Assembly: GCA_025558095.1 (NCBI GenBank)
Contig: JAIVFI010000004.1
Location: 310,001 to 374,000, forward strand
DNA length: 64,000 nucleotides
From: Hyaloraphidium curvatum SAG 235-1
Lineage: Eukaryota > Fungi > Monoblepharomycota
Direction: 5' to 3'
Of this stretch, positions 39,375-52,200 are shown piece by piece. The notes beneath the pieces were generated by a model. The model had not been told where the DNA came from, searched no databases, and saw only the letters and a program-made list of their open reading frames with translations. Position numbers and translations under genes: made by a program. Position 1 is the first letter of the stretch. Each line of letters begins with the position of its first letter.

Positions 39375-41311
39375 ATGACCAAATCGGCGGCACCGCGCAG
39401 CAATCCACGCGCAAAGGTGGGCGGAGCGGGGCGGCGGGCGCGGACGCCGGGGCGGCGGGCGGGCGGCCCCCGGGGAACTCCCCGCCGTCGGAGATCCGCG
39501 CCGCGCCAACGCGCGTCCGGGCGATGCCGCGGCGGCCGCTGACTCATCGCGCGCTCCGCTCTCCCAGAAGGCCGGCGGCGGGCAGCCCGGCGGCCGCGCG
39601 GACTCGCCCGGCGGCTCGCCGCCCCCGGAGACGCCGCCCGCCGGCGACGCGCACGGGCCCGCCACGCCGCGGGACGCGCCGGGCGCCCTCGCGCAGCTCC
39701 AGTGGGACCCCAAGGCGCCGCACGCCTTCTCGCTGTGGACGCCGAAACAGGAGCCCGGCGCCGCGCAGGCCCCGCTCGCCGCGCAGCTCGGCAACCCCGT
39801 GCCGCTGGCAAACGGCGCGGACAGCTGGACGAGGCAGAAGCGGCCGCAGGTGCGCAACGCATGCGGTGGGTCGGCGTGCCGGGGAACGCCTTCTGCGCCG
39901 CTGATGTGCATCGTTCCCCTCCCCCGCAGTGCACTGCCAGCGCGCATGCAAGAAGTGCGACAACAACAGGCCGTGCGACAGATGCGTCCGTGCGTGCTTG
40001 CGCCCGCGTGCGCCCGGTTTCCGCTGACCCCCTCCCCCGCCAGGCCTGGGCCTGACCGGATGCGTCGACTCGCAGCGCAAGTCGCGCAAGAAGCACGGCC
40101 AGACACCCAGCGTCGGTGACCCCGCACAGCTCAGCCCGTCGACCGCCGAGCCCCCGAGCCCGCTGCTCGCTTCCCCGGTCGACAGCCTGCCCGACGGCGC
40201 GTCGCCCGCCACCACGCGCTCGGCGTCGGTGTCCGCCTCGCTCGCGAGCTCCCGCGCCCCGTCGCCGCGGGCCTCGGGCAGGAACGGCGCCGCCTCGGCA
40301 TCGAGCTCGCGCCGCACCAGCGGGCAGCCCTCGTTCATCGCCAAGCCCGCGCTCTCGAGCACCGCGGCATCGACGGCGCCCTCCTCCGCCGCCTCCCCGA
40401 TCGCCCTCCCCGCATCCCGCCCCGCCTCGGGCCTGGGCATCGACGGCCTCGCACCGCTGTTCCTCGACCCCGCCCCCGCAAACGGCAACGGCGCCCTGCT
40501 CCTCCCCCTTCCCGCCGCCAACGGCCGCAAGCCGCGCGCGCGGAACCCCCCCAAGCCCAAGGCCAAGCCCGCCCCGGCCCCCGCCGCGCCCGCACCCCCC
40601 GCCGACCCCGAGCCCAGCGACGATGTCCGCCCGGAAGATCCCGCGGCGTCCGACTCGGCGTCGCTGTACAGCACCGCGCCGTCGCTGACCACGGAGCAGG
40701 AGCTGCCCGGGGCGGAGCGCTTCGGGAGCGCGGAGGCGTGGGAGGAGGAGGCGATGGCGGTGGATGCGCCCGAGGACGGTGTGTTGGACCTCGACGTGAA
40801 CGGGGAGGGAGACGTGGACGGGGACGATGAGATGCTCGTGGATGCGCCGAGGGGGCCTTCGCCCGAGGCAACCCCCGCCGTGGCATCCGCCGCGGCTCAA
40901 GCCGCGGTGCCGGCACCCGCGCCCGCATCCGCACCCGCAACGGCCCTCCCGTCGGGCGTGGTCCCCGCGCCCCGCCTGCGCCGGCGCAGCGGCACCCCCG
41001 TCCCCGCGACCGAGCTCACGGTCGGCGACGCCGTCGAGCTGCGCGCGCACCTCCTCAAGCCCTCGGCCGCCGCCGCCGCCGCGGACCCGATGCTCTCGCT
41101 GGCGGCCGTCGCCGTGGCGCTGCTGGACGGGGGGGAGCTGGACCTCTCGGGCGAGATGGAGCTGCCGCCGTGGTTCAAACGGGGGGCGGGGAAGAGGGTG
41201 CCGCTGCATGCGCTCGAGGTGGGGGGGAAGCCGATGTTCGGGGCAGGCTTCGGCACCGCGCTGGAGCTGGACCGGATCGCGGCGAGGGAGGCAAAGAAGC
41301 CGCGGCGGTGA
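39375..41311 (+). CDS. Zn(II)2Cys6 binuclear cluster transcription factor, multi-exon
   Basis: Splicing gives KRPQVRNACVHCQRACKKCDNNRPCDRCVRLGLTGCVDSQRK (C-x2-C-x6-C-x5-C-x2-C-x7-C). Start and first exon tentative. Confidence 0.82.
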
Positions 41312-41332
41312 CGTGCTGTACCCGAGGCCAAA

Positions 41333-42904
41333 CTACATCCTCGCCTCCCCGACGCCCCCCGCATCCAACCCCAGCAGCCCGCAGCACTCTGCCAACCCGG
41401 CCGCCAGCGCCGCGTAGCCCCTCCTCCTGCCCTCCCTCGCACCCCCGTCCGGGATCCCCTTGACCCGCACCGCGTAGGTGGCCGACGACACGGCGCCCGC
41501 CAGCGCGTGCAGATGGCGCGCCGCCGCCGCCGGGTCCGGCACGCCGAAGCACAGATCCCCGCCCGGCGCGCGGGGGAGCCGGTGCGGCGCGCGGGCGAGA
41601 AGCAGCAGCGGCTCCCTCAGCCCCTCGGGCTGCTCGACCCCGCCTTCCTCCGCGGCGGGCGGCGTCGACGCGAGGATCGACGCCAGCTTCGCGCGGACGT
41701 AGTGCACGAATATCCCAGCCGCCGCCGCCGCCGCGCCGTCGTTCCCCCCTCCCGCGTCCCCGGTGTCGGGCAGCGCGAACGCCGACGCCGGCAGCGCCGC
41801 GGGCCCGTCCAGCCCGCGGGCGAGGTGCGGGAACAGCACCGCCGCGCGGGCCAGCGCCGATGCCAGCGCGGCGGAGACCGCCGGTGCCGGGAGGGACGGG
41901 GCGTCGGGGCGGTGGGTGTTTTTCTCGCGCATGGTGGAGGCGGCGAAGCCGCGGAAGGAGGCGAGGAGGGCCGAGGCGTCCGGCGGCGGGCCGGGGGACC
42001 AGGATGTGCGGCCGACGTACGCTTTGCGGAGCGAGTCGGGGGGGCGGGAGGCGGAGAGCATAGCAAAGAGGTCGGATTTGGTGCCGCGTTCGTGGAGGAT
42101 GGCGATCCGGTGCGAGGGCGGGAGGGAGGCGACCTCGTCCGCGGACGACAGGGAAATAGTCCCGCCGAGGTCGGCCACGAGGTCCAGGTTGGATTGCAGG
42201 TGCGGTCCGTAGGCTGGATCAGAGATCGCGGCAAAGGTCACCGTGTTGCCCTCCGCGGAAAGCTGGCGGGAGAGGTAGATGCCCGCGGCGACGAAGCGCA
42301 GGTCGAGGGCGTTCAGGGGGCGGTCCGCCGGGAATCGCGGGTAGACGACGGTGACGTCGCCTGCCGCGCCTTTTGTCGCGTCGGACCGCGCGGCGGGTCC
42401 GCGGTCCTCGAGCATGTAACGAAGAAAGGCCCGCCAGTCGAGGTGGAAGTGCAGTACGAGCTCGTGTCTGGAGCACGAGGCCACCATGGCGGTGGGCCGG
42501 AACGCCGCCACTATCCTGCCGCACTCGGCCTCGGCCAGAGCTCTCGGTGACCGTGCCTCTTCTTTGGTTTCTGCATGTGCGCCGTCCGCAGCCGCACGCT
42601 GCGCGGGCTCCCACGGCACCTCCTGCCCCAGCTCCCGCAGAGCAGCCGTCACCCTCCCCAGCTTCAAAGACACCTGTCCGATCCTGACTGCTGGCTGTTT
42701 CCCGCCCGTTCGGCCTCCGGACGTGGCGTCTGCACCGCCGCTGCCCTCGCCGCCCCACGCCATCTGCACGCCGCTCCGCGCGCTCTTCCAGCTCTTTGGC
42801 GGCTGCGGGTGCTCAAACAGGGGCACGATGAGCTCGGGAGGAAGGGCAACGAGGCGCTGCTCGCGCGACAGCGCCTCAGCAAGGTCCTGCAGGATGCGGT
42901 CCAT
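41333..42904 (-). CDS. DALR anticodon-binding domain protein (DALRD3-like, catalytically degenerate ArgRS homologue)
   Basis: C-terminal GIFVHYVRAKLASIL ... HLHALAGAVSSATYAVRV ... LAECCGLLGL ... RM. No HIGH motif. Confidence 0.72.
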   Translation of the reverse strand: MDRILQDLAEALSREQRLVALPPELIVPLFEHPQPPKSWKSARSGVQMAWGGEGSGGADATSGGRTGGKQPAVRIGQVSLKLGRVTAALRELGQEVPWEPAQRAAADGAHAETKEEARSPRALAEAECGRIVAAFRPTAMVASCSRHELVLHFHLDWRAFLRYMLEDRGPAARSDATKGAAGDVTVVYPRFPADRPLNALDLRFVAAGIYLSRQLSAEGNTVTFAAISDPAYGPHLQSNLDLVADLGGTISLSSADEVASLPPSHRIAILHERGTKSDLFAMLSASRPPDSLRKAYVGRTSWSPGPPPDASALLASFRGFAASTMREKNTHRPDAPSLPAPAVSAALASALARAAVLFPHLARGLDGPAALPASAFALPDTGDAGGGNDGAAAAAAGIFVHYVRAKLASILASTPPAAEEGGVEQPEGLREPLLLLARAPHRLPRAPGGDLCFGVPDPAAAARHLHALAGAVSSATYAVRVKGIPDGGAREGRRRGYAALAAGLAECCGLLGLDAGGVGEARM

Positions 42905-42985
42905 GGCGGGCTGTTGACTTGTGATCGATCAGGCCACGCGATCGACTCCAACTACCGGCGTCGCGGTCCAGACGAAGGCGAGACG

Positions 42986-44781
42986 ATGTCGGGGGACAAG
43001 GACGCCGCCGATGGGCCTTCGGGCGCGCCGGAGCCGGCCGAGGAGGTCGACGGCGTCATCGACGGCGGCTCGCAGGTGCCCGCCGGCTTCCCGTCGCGGC
43101 AGCGGCAGCCGAAGCCGCAGGCGGGCCCGTCGGCGCCGGCCGAGCTGTCAGCGCGCGACTTCGACGCAAAGCAGGCCAAGCAGCTCGAGGACCTGCTCAA
43201 GTCGCTGTCGACGGGCGCCGGCCCCGCGGGCGCGCGCAACGCGCTCGCGCTGCAGCAGCAGCTCGGCCTGCTGGGCAGGGCGGACAAGAACGCCGCAAAG
43301 GGGCCCGAGCAGCACAAATTCTGGGGCACGCAGCCGGTGCCGCAGCACGCGGATAAGGTCGAGGCGGACGGGCCGATCGAGCCGGACAAGGCCGAGGGCG
43401 AGATCCGGAAGGAGCCGCTGCCGCTGCCCAACGAGTTCGAGTGGTGCCTGGTGGACGTGACGGTCGAGGAGGAGGTTGGGGCCGCGCATCGACGCGTTTC
43501 GGGCCGCCGCTGACGGCCGATGGCCCCCGCAGCTCAAGGAGCTCTACACGCTGCTGACGGAAAACTACGTCGAGGACGACGACGCCATGTTCCGGTTCGA
43601 CTACTCGGCGGCGTTCCTGAAGTGGGGCCTGCAGCCGCCGGGCTGGCGGAAGGACTGGCACGTGGCGGTGAGGGTCAAGGAGGGCAAGCGGAAGCTGGTC
43701 GCCTTCATCTCGGCCATCCCCAGCGTGATCCGCGTTCGCGATCAGTGGGTTCATCGGCCAGCGTATCGCAGGGACGGTGTGATTGACCCCGCGGGTTGCT
43801 GCAGCCAGCAGACCATGGTCGAGATCAACTTCCTCTGCGTCCACAAGAAGCTCCGCTCCAAGCGCCTCGCCCCAGTCCTCATCAAGGAAATCACGCGGCG
43901 CGTGCACCTCACCAACTGCTTCCAGGCCGTCTACACCGCCGGCGTGCTCCTCCCCAAGCCCGTCTCGAGCTGCAAGTACTACCACCGCAGCCTGAACCCC
44001 AAGAAGCTGGTCGAGACGGGCTTCAGCCACCTCGGCAAGAACCAGACTATCCCCCGGCTCGAGCGACTGTACAAAATCCCCGCCGTGGGTCCGCCGGCCG
44101 CGCAAATGCCGCCTCCGCGTGCTGACGCGAACGCTTCAGTCCCCGACGATACCCGGCTTCCGCGCCATGACCGAGGCCGACGCGCCAGAGGTCCAGCGGC
44201 TCCTTTCGTCCTACCTGGTGCGGTACGAGCTCGCCCCCGTGTTTTCCGAGGAGGAGGTGAAGCACTGGTTCACGCCCATCAAGGGCGTCGTGGAGAGTTT
44301 CGTCGTCGAGGTGCGTTGGACGCGTCGACGTCTTCGTTCGTTGCCGATCGATCCAACACCTGTGCTCTTTCAAGGACCCGCAAAAGGCCGGCCACCTCAC
44401 GGACTTTGTCTCGTACTACTCCCTCCCCTCGTCCGTCATCAACAACGAGAAGCACCGGCGGATCGAGGCCGCCTACCTCTTTTACTACGCCAGCGAGTCG
44501 GTGCTGGCTGGCGGCGCGCCGGCGCCGCGGCTGCAGGAGCTGGTGCGGAGCGGCCTGATCGAGGCCAAGAACGTGGGTCGCCTGATCTGCCGCAGGAAGC
44601 TCGCTCACCCCGTGGCATGCAGCGCAATTTCGACGTGTTCAACTGCCTGGACCTGATGGACAACCAGACGTTCCTGGAGGAGCTCAAGTTCGGCAAGGGC
44701 GACGGGACGCTGCACTACTACCTCTACAACTTCCGGGCACGGCCGGTGGCGACGGGCAAGATGGGACTGGTGCTTTTGTAG
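42986..44781 (+). CDS. NMT1: Glycylpeptide N-myristoyltransferase, multi-exon
   Basis: [67 protein letters not shown]. Confidence 0.97.
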
Positions 44782-44930
44782 GAAGGGGCGGGAAAAGATG
44801 ATCGTCAATGTAGAGGGAGATCGCGCGGGGCTGGGCGCTCAGCAATCGAAGCTGGGATCAGGCCGCCCGCCGGAGGAACGCGATCACGCGTGCGAATCGC
44901 CACTGAGGTCACGCACACTCCGCCCCAGAA

Positions 44931-47373
44931 ATGGCGCACGCCCGAGCCGGGTGGCCGGGCGGCCAGACGCCGCTGCCGCCGCCGCGCGCGCCCGGGGGCG
45001 GCAGCGACGCGGGGCTCGTCGCGGTGCCGGTCGCGGTGGTGTCGTCGTGCGTGCTGCTGCTGTGCGCTGCGTGGGCCGTGCAGCACTTCTGCGGCGGCGC
45101 GTCGGTGAAGCGCGGCGCGTCGATGTCGCCGGCGAAGGACGGCTGGTTCGCCGTGCGCGGGCGGCGGCGCGCCGATTACCTGCTGGACCGCTGGGAGGAC
45201 GGGCTGCGTGGGGCGGGCATCGACACGGCCCCCGTCCGCACGGTCGGCCCCGATCTGCGCAGGGAGATCGACGAGCGCGGCGGCCCGGCCCTGGCGCCCC
45301 GCTTCGTGCCCAACGCCGACGTCGGCCCGCTGCACGAGACCGGCGACGGCGAGGCGCCCGTGCAGCGCACCCTGTTTGACCTGAACGACCCGTTCGACGA
45401 CGTGCTGTCGTGGGGCGGCGTGTCGGTGCACGAGGGCAAGTCGATCACATTCAGGAAATGGTCCGAGCGGTGCGCCGTCTGTGGGTAGTGGGGTGCACTC
45501 GCAGTCGGGGATCAGATCTGACCGGCCCCCATTTCCAGCGGATCTGCCGCTCTTCAACCCGAATCCCAACGCGGACTACTTCTACTTCGAGGCCATGCTA
45601 TCGCTCGTCGGGCCCGACACGGCGTGGGTTGAGGCGCACCGGATGCAGCAGGCGGCGGCGGCGAGCGCGCAGAACCAGCTGCAGATCCAGGCCCAGATCC
45701 AGAGCCAGCAGGCGATGCTCAACTCGTACGCGGCCGCCGCCCAGGCGCTGGGTCTGCAGGGCTTCAGCAACTTCAACGAGCCGGACGTGCCGCCCTCCAA
45801 CTACGACCGATCCGCCTACGACCGCGACGGCTCGTCGCCCGGCCCCTCTAACCCCACCTCTCCTACCTCTCCGCGGGCGACGCTGGCCCACGTGCTCAGC
45901 GCCGTCGGCTTCGGACATCCCTCGTCGTCATCGGAGCGCGAGCCCCTCGCACCGGGCCAGGAACCCGCGCGCCCGGCGCTCCGCCGCCGCAACTCGGCCG
46001 AGTCCGTGCTCTCCTTCGAGACCGTGAACGAGAACGACACGCGGCAGCGCCGCCGGGTCTACATCCCCTCCTCGCGCACACTCCAGTCCCTCATGCCCAC
46101 CCGGGGCGACCCCCACGTGTCGATGGCCATCGGCCTCTGCGCCCGCCCTTACCCGCCCTTCCTCCTCCCTGGCCGGCACTTCCATTCGGTCTCGTACGTC
46201 ACCACCTCGAACGGCGCCTGGCTCAGCGTGTGCCTGGAGGACGATTTCGGCCGGGAGGTGCAGCGCGTGTACAACCTCGGCCTGACGGGCGGCTGGGTCG
46301 CCCGGCAGGGGGACACGGTCGGCGTCGGGTACCACCCCCGCCGCGGCGGCATCTTCTTCACCATCAACGGCCGCCGCATCCCCATACCGCTGGACGAGGA
46401 GGAGCTAGGGAAGCGGGACGCGGATTCCGAGGAGGACAGGGAGCCGCTGCTCGCGGGGAGCGCGGCGCTGCGGGACGAGTGGGCGCAGTACTTTGCCGTC
46501 GAGGACTCGCGCTACGCATGGCATCCCGTGGTCGGTTCCACGGGGCCGGGCGTGGTGCTCGTCAACACTGGGCGCGACGAGTTCCTGTTCCACGGATCCA
46601 ACTTCGAGGGGGACATCGGGCACGTCGGCCATGGCGCCACCGTCGAGACGGCCGATGTGCCGGTGCCTGGTGGTGCGGCTGGACCCGCAGCGTTGGGTTC
46701 CCCGTCGGGCTCCGCACAGGCTGCATCACCGAACCCTTCGACCTCTGGCCTGGACGTCATGAGGCGGCCTAGCACCTCGGCCTCGGAACGCGCCCCGGCC
46801 GCCGGTCCTTCCTCCGCAGCCGGCTCGTTCTCGACTTCGCACTCCTTCGGAACATCTCCCGTCTCGCAGGCCGACCTGGTCCTGCCCCTCGAGCTGCGCC
46901 GGGCTTACCTGCAGGACCCTGTCGAGGCAATCGACGCCGCGCTGGACAATGTGCGGATCCTGAACCCGCAGGCACGCTCGATCCTTGCCAGATCGCGCGC
47001 CCCGCGCGAGACCTTCGTCATCCCCCGCCCCGGCACAACCGCCCAAGCCCCGCCGCCAGACTACGAGACGGCAGTCACCCCGCCCCCCGGCGCGCAGCCC
47101 GCCGCGCCGTCCCCCGAACGGCGCCCCTCGCTCGCCAGCCCGTCGCGCCCGCGGACCCCGCGGTTGCGCGCGGACGACGACGAGGTGCGCGGGCACCGCC
47201 GCAACCTCTCGGGCACGCCGGCGCCCGACCCGCCCGGCGCGGAGCGGGTGTCGCTGCAGATCCGGAGGTCGATCGAGGACTTCAGGGCGCCGCAGGGCAG
47301 GGCGGGCAGGGTGGAGGTGCTGAAGGAGGACGGGACGCGGGTGGTGGTTGAGGAGGATCCGCCGGATTACTGA
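44931..47373 (+). CDS. Single-pass membrane SPRY-domain Rsp5 adaptor (Ssh4/Ear1-like), 1 intron
   Basis: N-terminal TM (LVAVPVAVVSSCVLLLCAAWAV); AIGLCARPYPPFLLPGRHFHSV and GDTVGVGYHPRRGGIFFTING; PY motifs PPDY twice and PPSNY. Confidence 0.85.
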
Positions 47374-47556
47374 TCGAGTTGCTTCTCTGTTTCGTGCTTG
47401 TTGAATTCAAGTTGCGCATTGCCGCGAAGACCGGAGTCACGCGTCGGCCGAATCATCCTCCCTCAGCGCAGACCACTGCCATGACAGGCATTCGGATCTC
47501 ACAATATCGCGTGATTGAGCTCCTGAAGGGGATGGGGGCTAGCGCCCAAAACATCA

Positions 47557-48487
47557 CTATTCTCTATCATTGGTGCGCTTCCGGGGCTTCCTAGGCGACT
47601 CCTCTTCCTGCTTCCTCTCGTCCTTCACCCACGGCTTCCGTACCTGGCCCGTGTGTGCCACCATCATGTGAGAAGGCATGTCCTCAGCTAGGGACTACAT
47701 TGCAAGACGAGTCAACGGAACACATGCTGCTTGACAGGGGGACAAACCTGGTGTCCGCAGCCGGGAAAGAGACAGAGACTGGGGCGTTTCGGGCACTGTG
47801 CACGGTGCGCTTCGAGCTCCGCGCGGGGGAGAATCGTGCCGCAACCTTGGATCCCGCATGGCTGTGGTACTTTGGGGCAATCCGCTTCGGGATGGTCCTA
47901 GAGATGAATTTTCGTGAGCTTTGCGCCGAGATCGGTGACGACGGCGCCCTCGGTCCTACCCAATCCACTTCCACCTCCGGCCAAAAGCCCGGCATCTTGA
48001 CGGAGTCCCTGCTCCTTTTCACGCACAATGGACACCCGAAACCAGGGCACGTCTTTATGTGCTCTTTGAGGTTCGATATCTCGCCTTTGGGCCACCCGCA
48101 GAACTCCTGGCGGGGACAGTTGACGAGCACGGCGAGGTAGTCGCGGTACGCCCTCCCGCCACGTTCTTCCAAAGAATCCATGCCCGTTATGGTGCCCCGG
48201 CACAAAGGGCATTGCTGCCGAGCGGCCCCCGTGGGGAAGCACTGTGCAACGCACTTTGCGCAGAGCATGTGCTCGCACGGCCTCAGCAACATCGGCATGC
48301 GTTGCGGGAGCGGGAGGCACTCTTCATGGCACACGATGCACTTGATGTCGATGGCGGCGTTCATCCCCTGAGAATCGTGTTGCGGAATTGCTGAGTTGGT
48401 GGGCATCGCTTCGAGTAGGGGTAGTCGCACTTGGTTCAGAAGATCCACCATCCGTTGCACGTCAGCTGGGTCGTAGTTCGATGCCAT
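47557..48487 (-). CDS. RING finger plus TRAF-type zinc fingers protein (no MATH domain), 2 introns
   Basis: CIVC..PCEHMLCAKC..CPLC RING; CPRQEFCGW..LKEHIKTC; spliced exon DCPKVPQPCGIQGCGTILPRAELEAHRAQCPKRPSLCLFPGC; final exon ends RKRTNDRE. Confidence 0.82.
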
Positions 48488-48772
48488 TATGCCTTGAAGT
48501 CCATGGTATGTGGCCTCACGCGTGTCGCAGAACCACAGTGGGAGACGAGGAGCGGCAGCCCGCCCGCGCTGAAGAGGGGCGCGCAACCTGCGCGGTGGTG
48601 GAAGGCGCGCTGTGAGGCAATGCCGCCGGCACGGGGGCGCCTCAGCTCGCCCGCGCACCTGCGCAATGGACTTGAGTGGCGTTCGTGGACCCGTTTGGTG
48701 CCGCCGATTGGGGCGTTTCTAAGTCCATTCCTCCCGGCAGCGCCGCCGCCATTACATGCTCTCCTTGCATGA

Positions 48773-48974
48773 TCCAGTCCCTCATGCCTATCTGCGGGGA
48801 CTCGCAGGGGGCCACGGCTATTGACCTTTGCGGCACGCCCTTCCTCCTCCCGGGACGGCTCTTCCATTCGGTCTCGTGTGTCACCTCCTCCACCAGGGCC
48901 TGGCTCGGCATGTGCCTGGAGATCGATTTCGGCCGGGAGGTGCAGCGCGTGGGCCTGACGGGCGGCTTGGCCGC
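48773..48974 (+). pseudogene. Diverged partial duplicate of the SPRY gene segment 46082-46301
   Basis: Aligns by eye. Shared blocks include TCCAGTCCCTCATGCC, CCCTTCCTCCTCCC, CTTCCATTCGGTCTCGT, GATTTCGGCCGGGAGGTGCAGCGCGTG and GGCCTGACGGGCGGCT. Confidence 0.85.
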
Positions 48975-49225
48975 TCCGATGGAGGGACGTCTCCGAACTC
49001 CCCTCCCTGTGCGGGAAGAGCACTGCAATGGGCCATGTCAATGCTTTAGAATTCGTACCTTACAGTTCAGCCCCTTTTAGCTCCCACCAGGGGTGAAGCC
49101 CCTCCGCTGCAGCCTCGGCACAAGGACTTCGTTTGCCTTTCCCAGCACCTCCTCGATCAACCCCCCTGACCTCGTGCCAGCATCAGCGCATCAGACGGTG
49201 ATTCTGCATACAACTTAGAACTAGC

Positions 49226-52200
49226 TCAGGCTGCAGGAACATTGCCCTGTACTCCAGCTGCAGGTACCACTGCGGGAACCCACCCTGGACCCTCGAGAAG
49301 TGCTTCAGGAACCATGGCGTGGTCGTTGAGCTCGACATGCATGGCAGGCAACGTGCCGCTCTGCTCAAATCCGATTGCATTGCTGCCGCCATCTAACCAA
49401 ACGACCTGCCATGGCGCACCGTGCAATCGATAGAGATTGAAAAGGTCCAGGATTGTGCCAGCTCTGAAAAGCAGCAACTCGATGGGCCCAACGTTGCTAG
49501 GCGAGTTGTGCCGAGCGAAGAGCTGAGCGCACGCCTTCTCCGCGCGGGTCAGGAGCTCAGGCTTGTCCGTCAGCCACAGGATCCTCGCTGTGTTGTCGTC
49601 TCCGGGGGTTACACTGTCTGCACCAAAGACTTGTGCCATCGTTGCCACTGAGTCTGGCTGCTGGTTCGGCTGCTGTCGCCGGCGGGGCCCCAGTTCGATC
49701 TTCACGCCCGGGTTCACGAGAACGCATCCCAGAGCATGGTCTTTGATACTGCAAGCTCCACGTCTGTTATCACGATCCTTAAATTGGCTTAGGCACCTGA
49801 CGCAAAGCTTGGGTTGCTGCAAGGCAAAGCAAAGCACAGTGGTTAGTTTCTCATCGACGGGGAGATCAAAGTCACTACCTGGCGGTTCCTTTCCTCGAAT
49901 CGCTCTCTGTCTTCCCGCTCCTTATCGGACTCAGGCCAGAACGTCTTCCTCGTAAGGCTGTGCAGCAGGAATGGGTGACGAACAACAACACAATAGACAT
50001 GCTTGAATCGGCCAGGCTGTCTCATCGCAGCGTCCAACGCATCAGACATGCCCCCAATTACAGCATCAAGCGCTCCTGGTCTGCGAAGATCGTGCGACAC
50101 GTTGGGCGCATCTCCAGCCCCTGTCACGGGGCCAACGGCAGCGTTTGTTATGGGCCGCGTGTCCCCGAAACGTTCGTGAAGCTGGACAGCGGCGTCCAGG
50201 TCTATGAGCGTCACGGATGACTTGGTGTTAAGGCGCTCCGCAAAGGTGGCGTTGATGGCACCTGAAACCGCTCCATCGTCCCCATCTCCAATGCTTAGCC
50301 TGTCCAACAAGGAAAAGTGGCCGACTCCGGCGTCGATGCAAGCTTGGAGGAGGGTCTGCGCAGTAAAGCGGGCCGCCACGCCTGATGCTGGATCCACCGG
50401 GATGCGGAGGTCCACAGTGTAGCGGGGCGGAGGGTCAGTCGCTAGACCCTTGTTCCTGAGGGCCTGGAGAACCTTGTTCAGCAGCACGCTGCCAAAAGCA
50501 ACGATTGACACCTTCATCTTGTCACTCTCGGTCCTCTGGACGTCACTTAAAACAAGCGAGTGGATCCAGTCGTTCCAGTATGCCACTTCACCTGGGTCCA
50601 GATCTGGTCGGCCTTGGAGGGTTGTAACAGCCTTGTTCCTAGCCTCCTCGGGATTTTTCTCGAGGAGCTCGACCGGCTCTCCGAGGCGGCTTAGCTGGCT
50701 TAGAAGTTGTTGCAAGTCTCCGTTCAACCTGCCCCCATCAGCGGCACGAAGGTCCCCTTCAACCCGTTTCCAAAGTGCCGGGTTGCGAACCAGTTTCCTA
50801 GCTTGAGCAACGTCATCCAGGGACCAGTGCTGCTTGAACTCTAACGCCTCGGCATGGGCAAGGGCCGCACGGATATCGCCAACGCAGCCCAACGTCTCGA
50901 CACGCGCCAAGATACAGCGACTGTTTCCGGCCTCGCGGAGCCCCGTGCAGTCGAGCAAGATCCTTCCCGTGAGCCGTGCGAAATCGGTGCTGAGAAAGTG
51001 GTTCTTGATGTGATCCACCAGCTGCTGACCTGCGCTCACCAGGTCTCCGCGTGCAGGGTACATGCGCGGCACAACCTCTCCGGCGAAGAGAATTTTCTCG
51101 GTCTGTGCGAAGGTGGCGAGCACGGCGCGGGCCACGTCCCGGATGGCATCGGAGACGTCCTTTGGCACGGCCGACACCAGCAGTTCCCTCGTGTTTGGGT
51201 GTGCAAGGTCGAGGGATCGGCACACCGAACGTGCCGTCGCTTCATCACCCGTGACGATCTGAGGCAGCGTAAGCCGGAGTCGTGTCATTGCACGGCGCAT
51301 CTGATCGTGAGAGAAACCCAGGGTCCAGGCCACCATAGTGCTGAAAAGGGTCCGGAGAACGTCGCCGTCCAAAACGAGCCTGCGTCCAGAAATCAAGCTA
51401 GGGAGTCGGCCCAGAAACTGGAAATCGATCCACGCGCGGCGCCCGTTGTTGTCTGGTTTGCCCATGTACACCTGCGTGGCGGTCCTGCGCTTGAAGGCTG
51501 GGTCCATCCTTTCCAGGTGGTTGGTGCCGCCGATGAGGATAAAGTTGGGCACGTCCTGCACCCCGCCTACGTGCGAGAGGATGACGCCGCGGAGGTCGCT
51601 CTTGGCGCCCTCCGCTGTGGCCCCTGACGGGGCGATGCCGTCGATCTCATCGATGGCGGCCGCGCAGATCCGCCACGGAACGAGCCCAGCCCGCGTGGCC
51701 AGCGCCCGGACCATGCCCGCGTTCTCGCCCACGTAGCCGCGGGCAAAGTCGGCCGCGCTCAGCGGGTCGCTGACGAGGTGGATGCCCAGGGAGGCGCACA
51801 TGCCACGCATGGCGTGCGTCTTGCCCGTACCGGGCGGGCCATACAGCAGGGCGCCACGAGGCATCTCCGCATCGGCCCCGGTGTAGTCCAGGACCTCGCG
51901 AAGGAGCACGTCCAAGACGTTGTCCACTCCGATCATGGCCACGATGCTCTTGCTGCCTGGTTTCGCGGATTCGCCAGGCTTCGTCAGCGCCCCAATAACG
52001 ACGTCGCCTCGGAGGGGAGGCAGCCTCTTGATCTCCATACCGAGCACCTCTTGCGACACGGGAACGGGCCGGGGGTGGGTTTCGCACCACAGCGCAACCT
52101 CGGTGAACCCGAGCTCCGAGTCGCGCACGGCCTCGCCTTCGCGGCGGACCTCGGCCTCGTGGGCGTCGAAGTAGTTGAACATCCGGAGGAAGTTGTGCAT

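Noticed and set aside
39098-41209. 703-aa minus-strand Arg/Gly-rich ORF and similar long ORFs (4056-5153, 20025-21545, 11871-13106)
   Set aside because: Stop-poor shadow frames in very GC-rich DNA opposite identifiable genes; no motifs.
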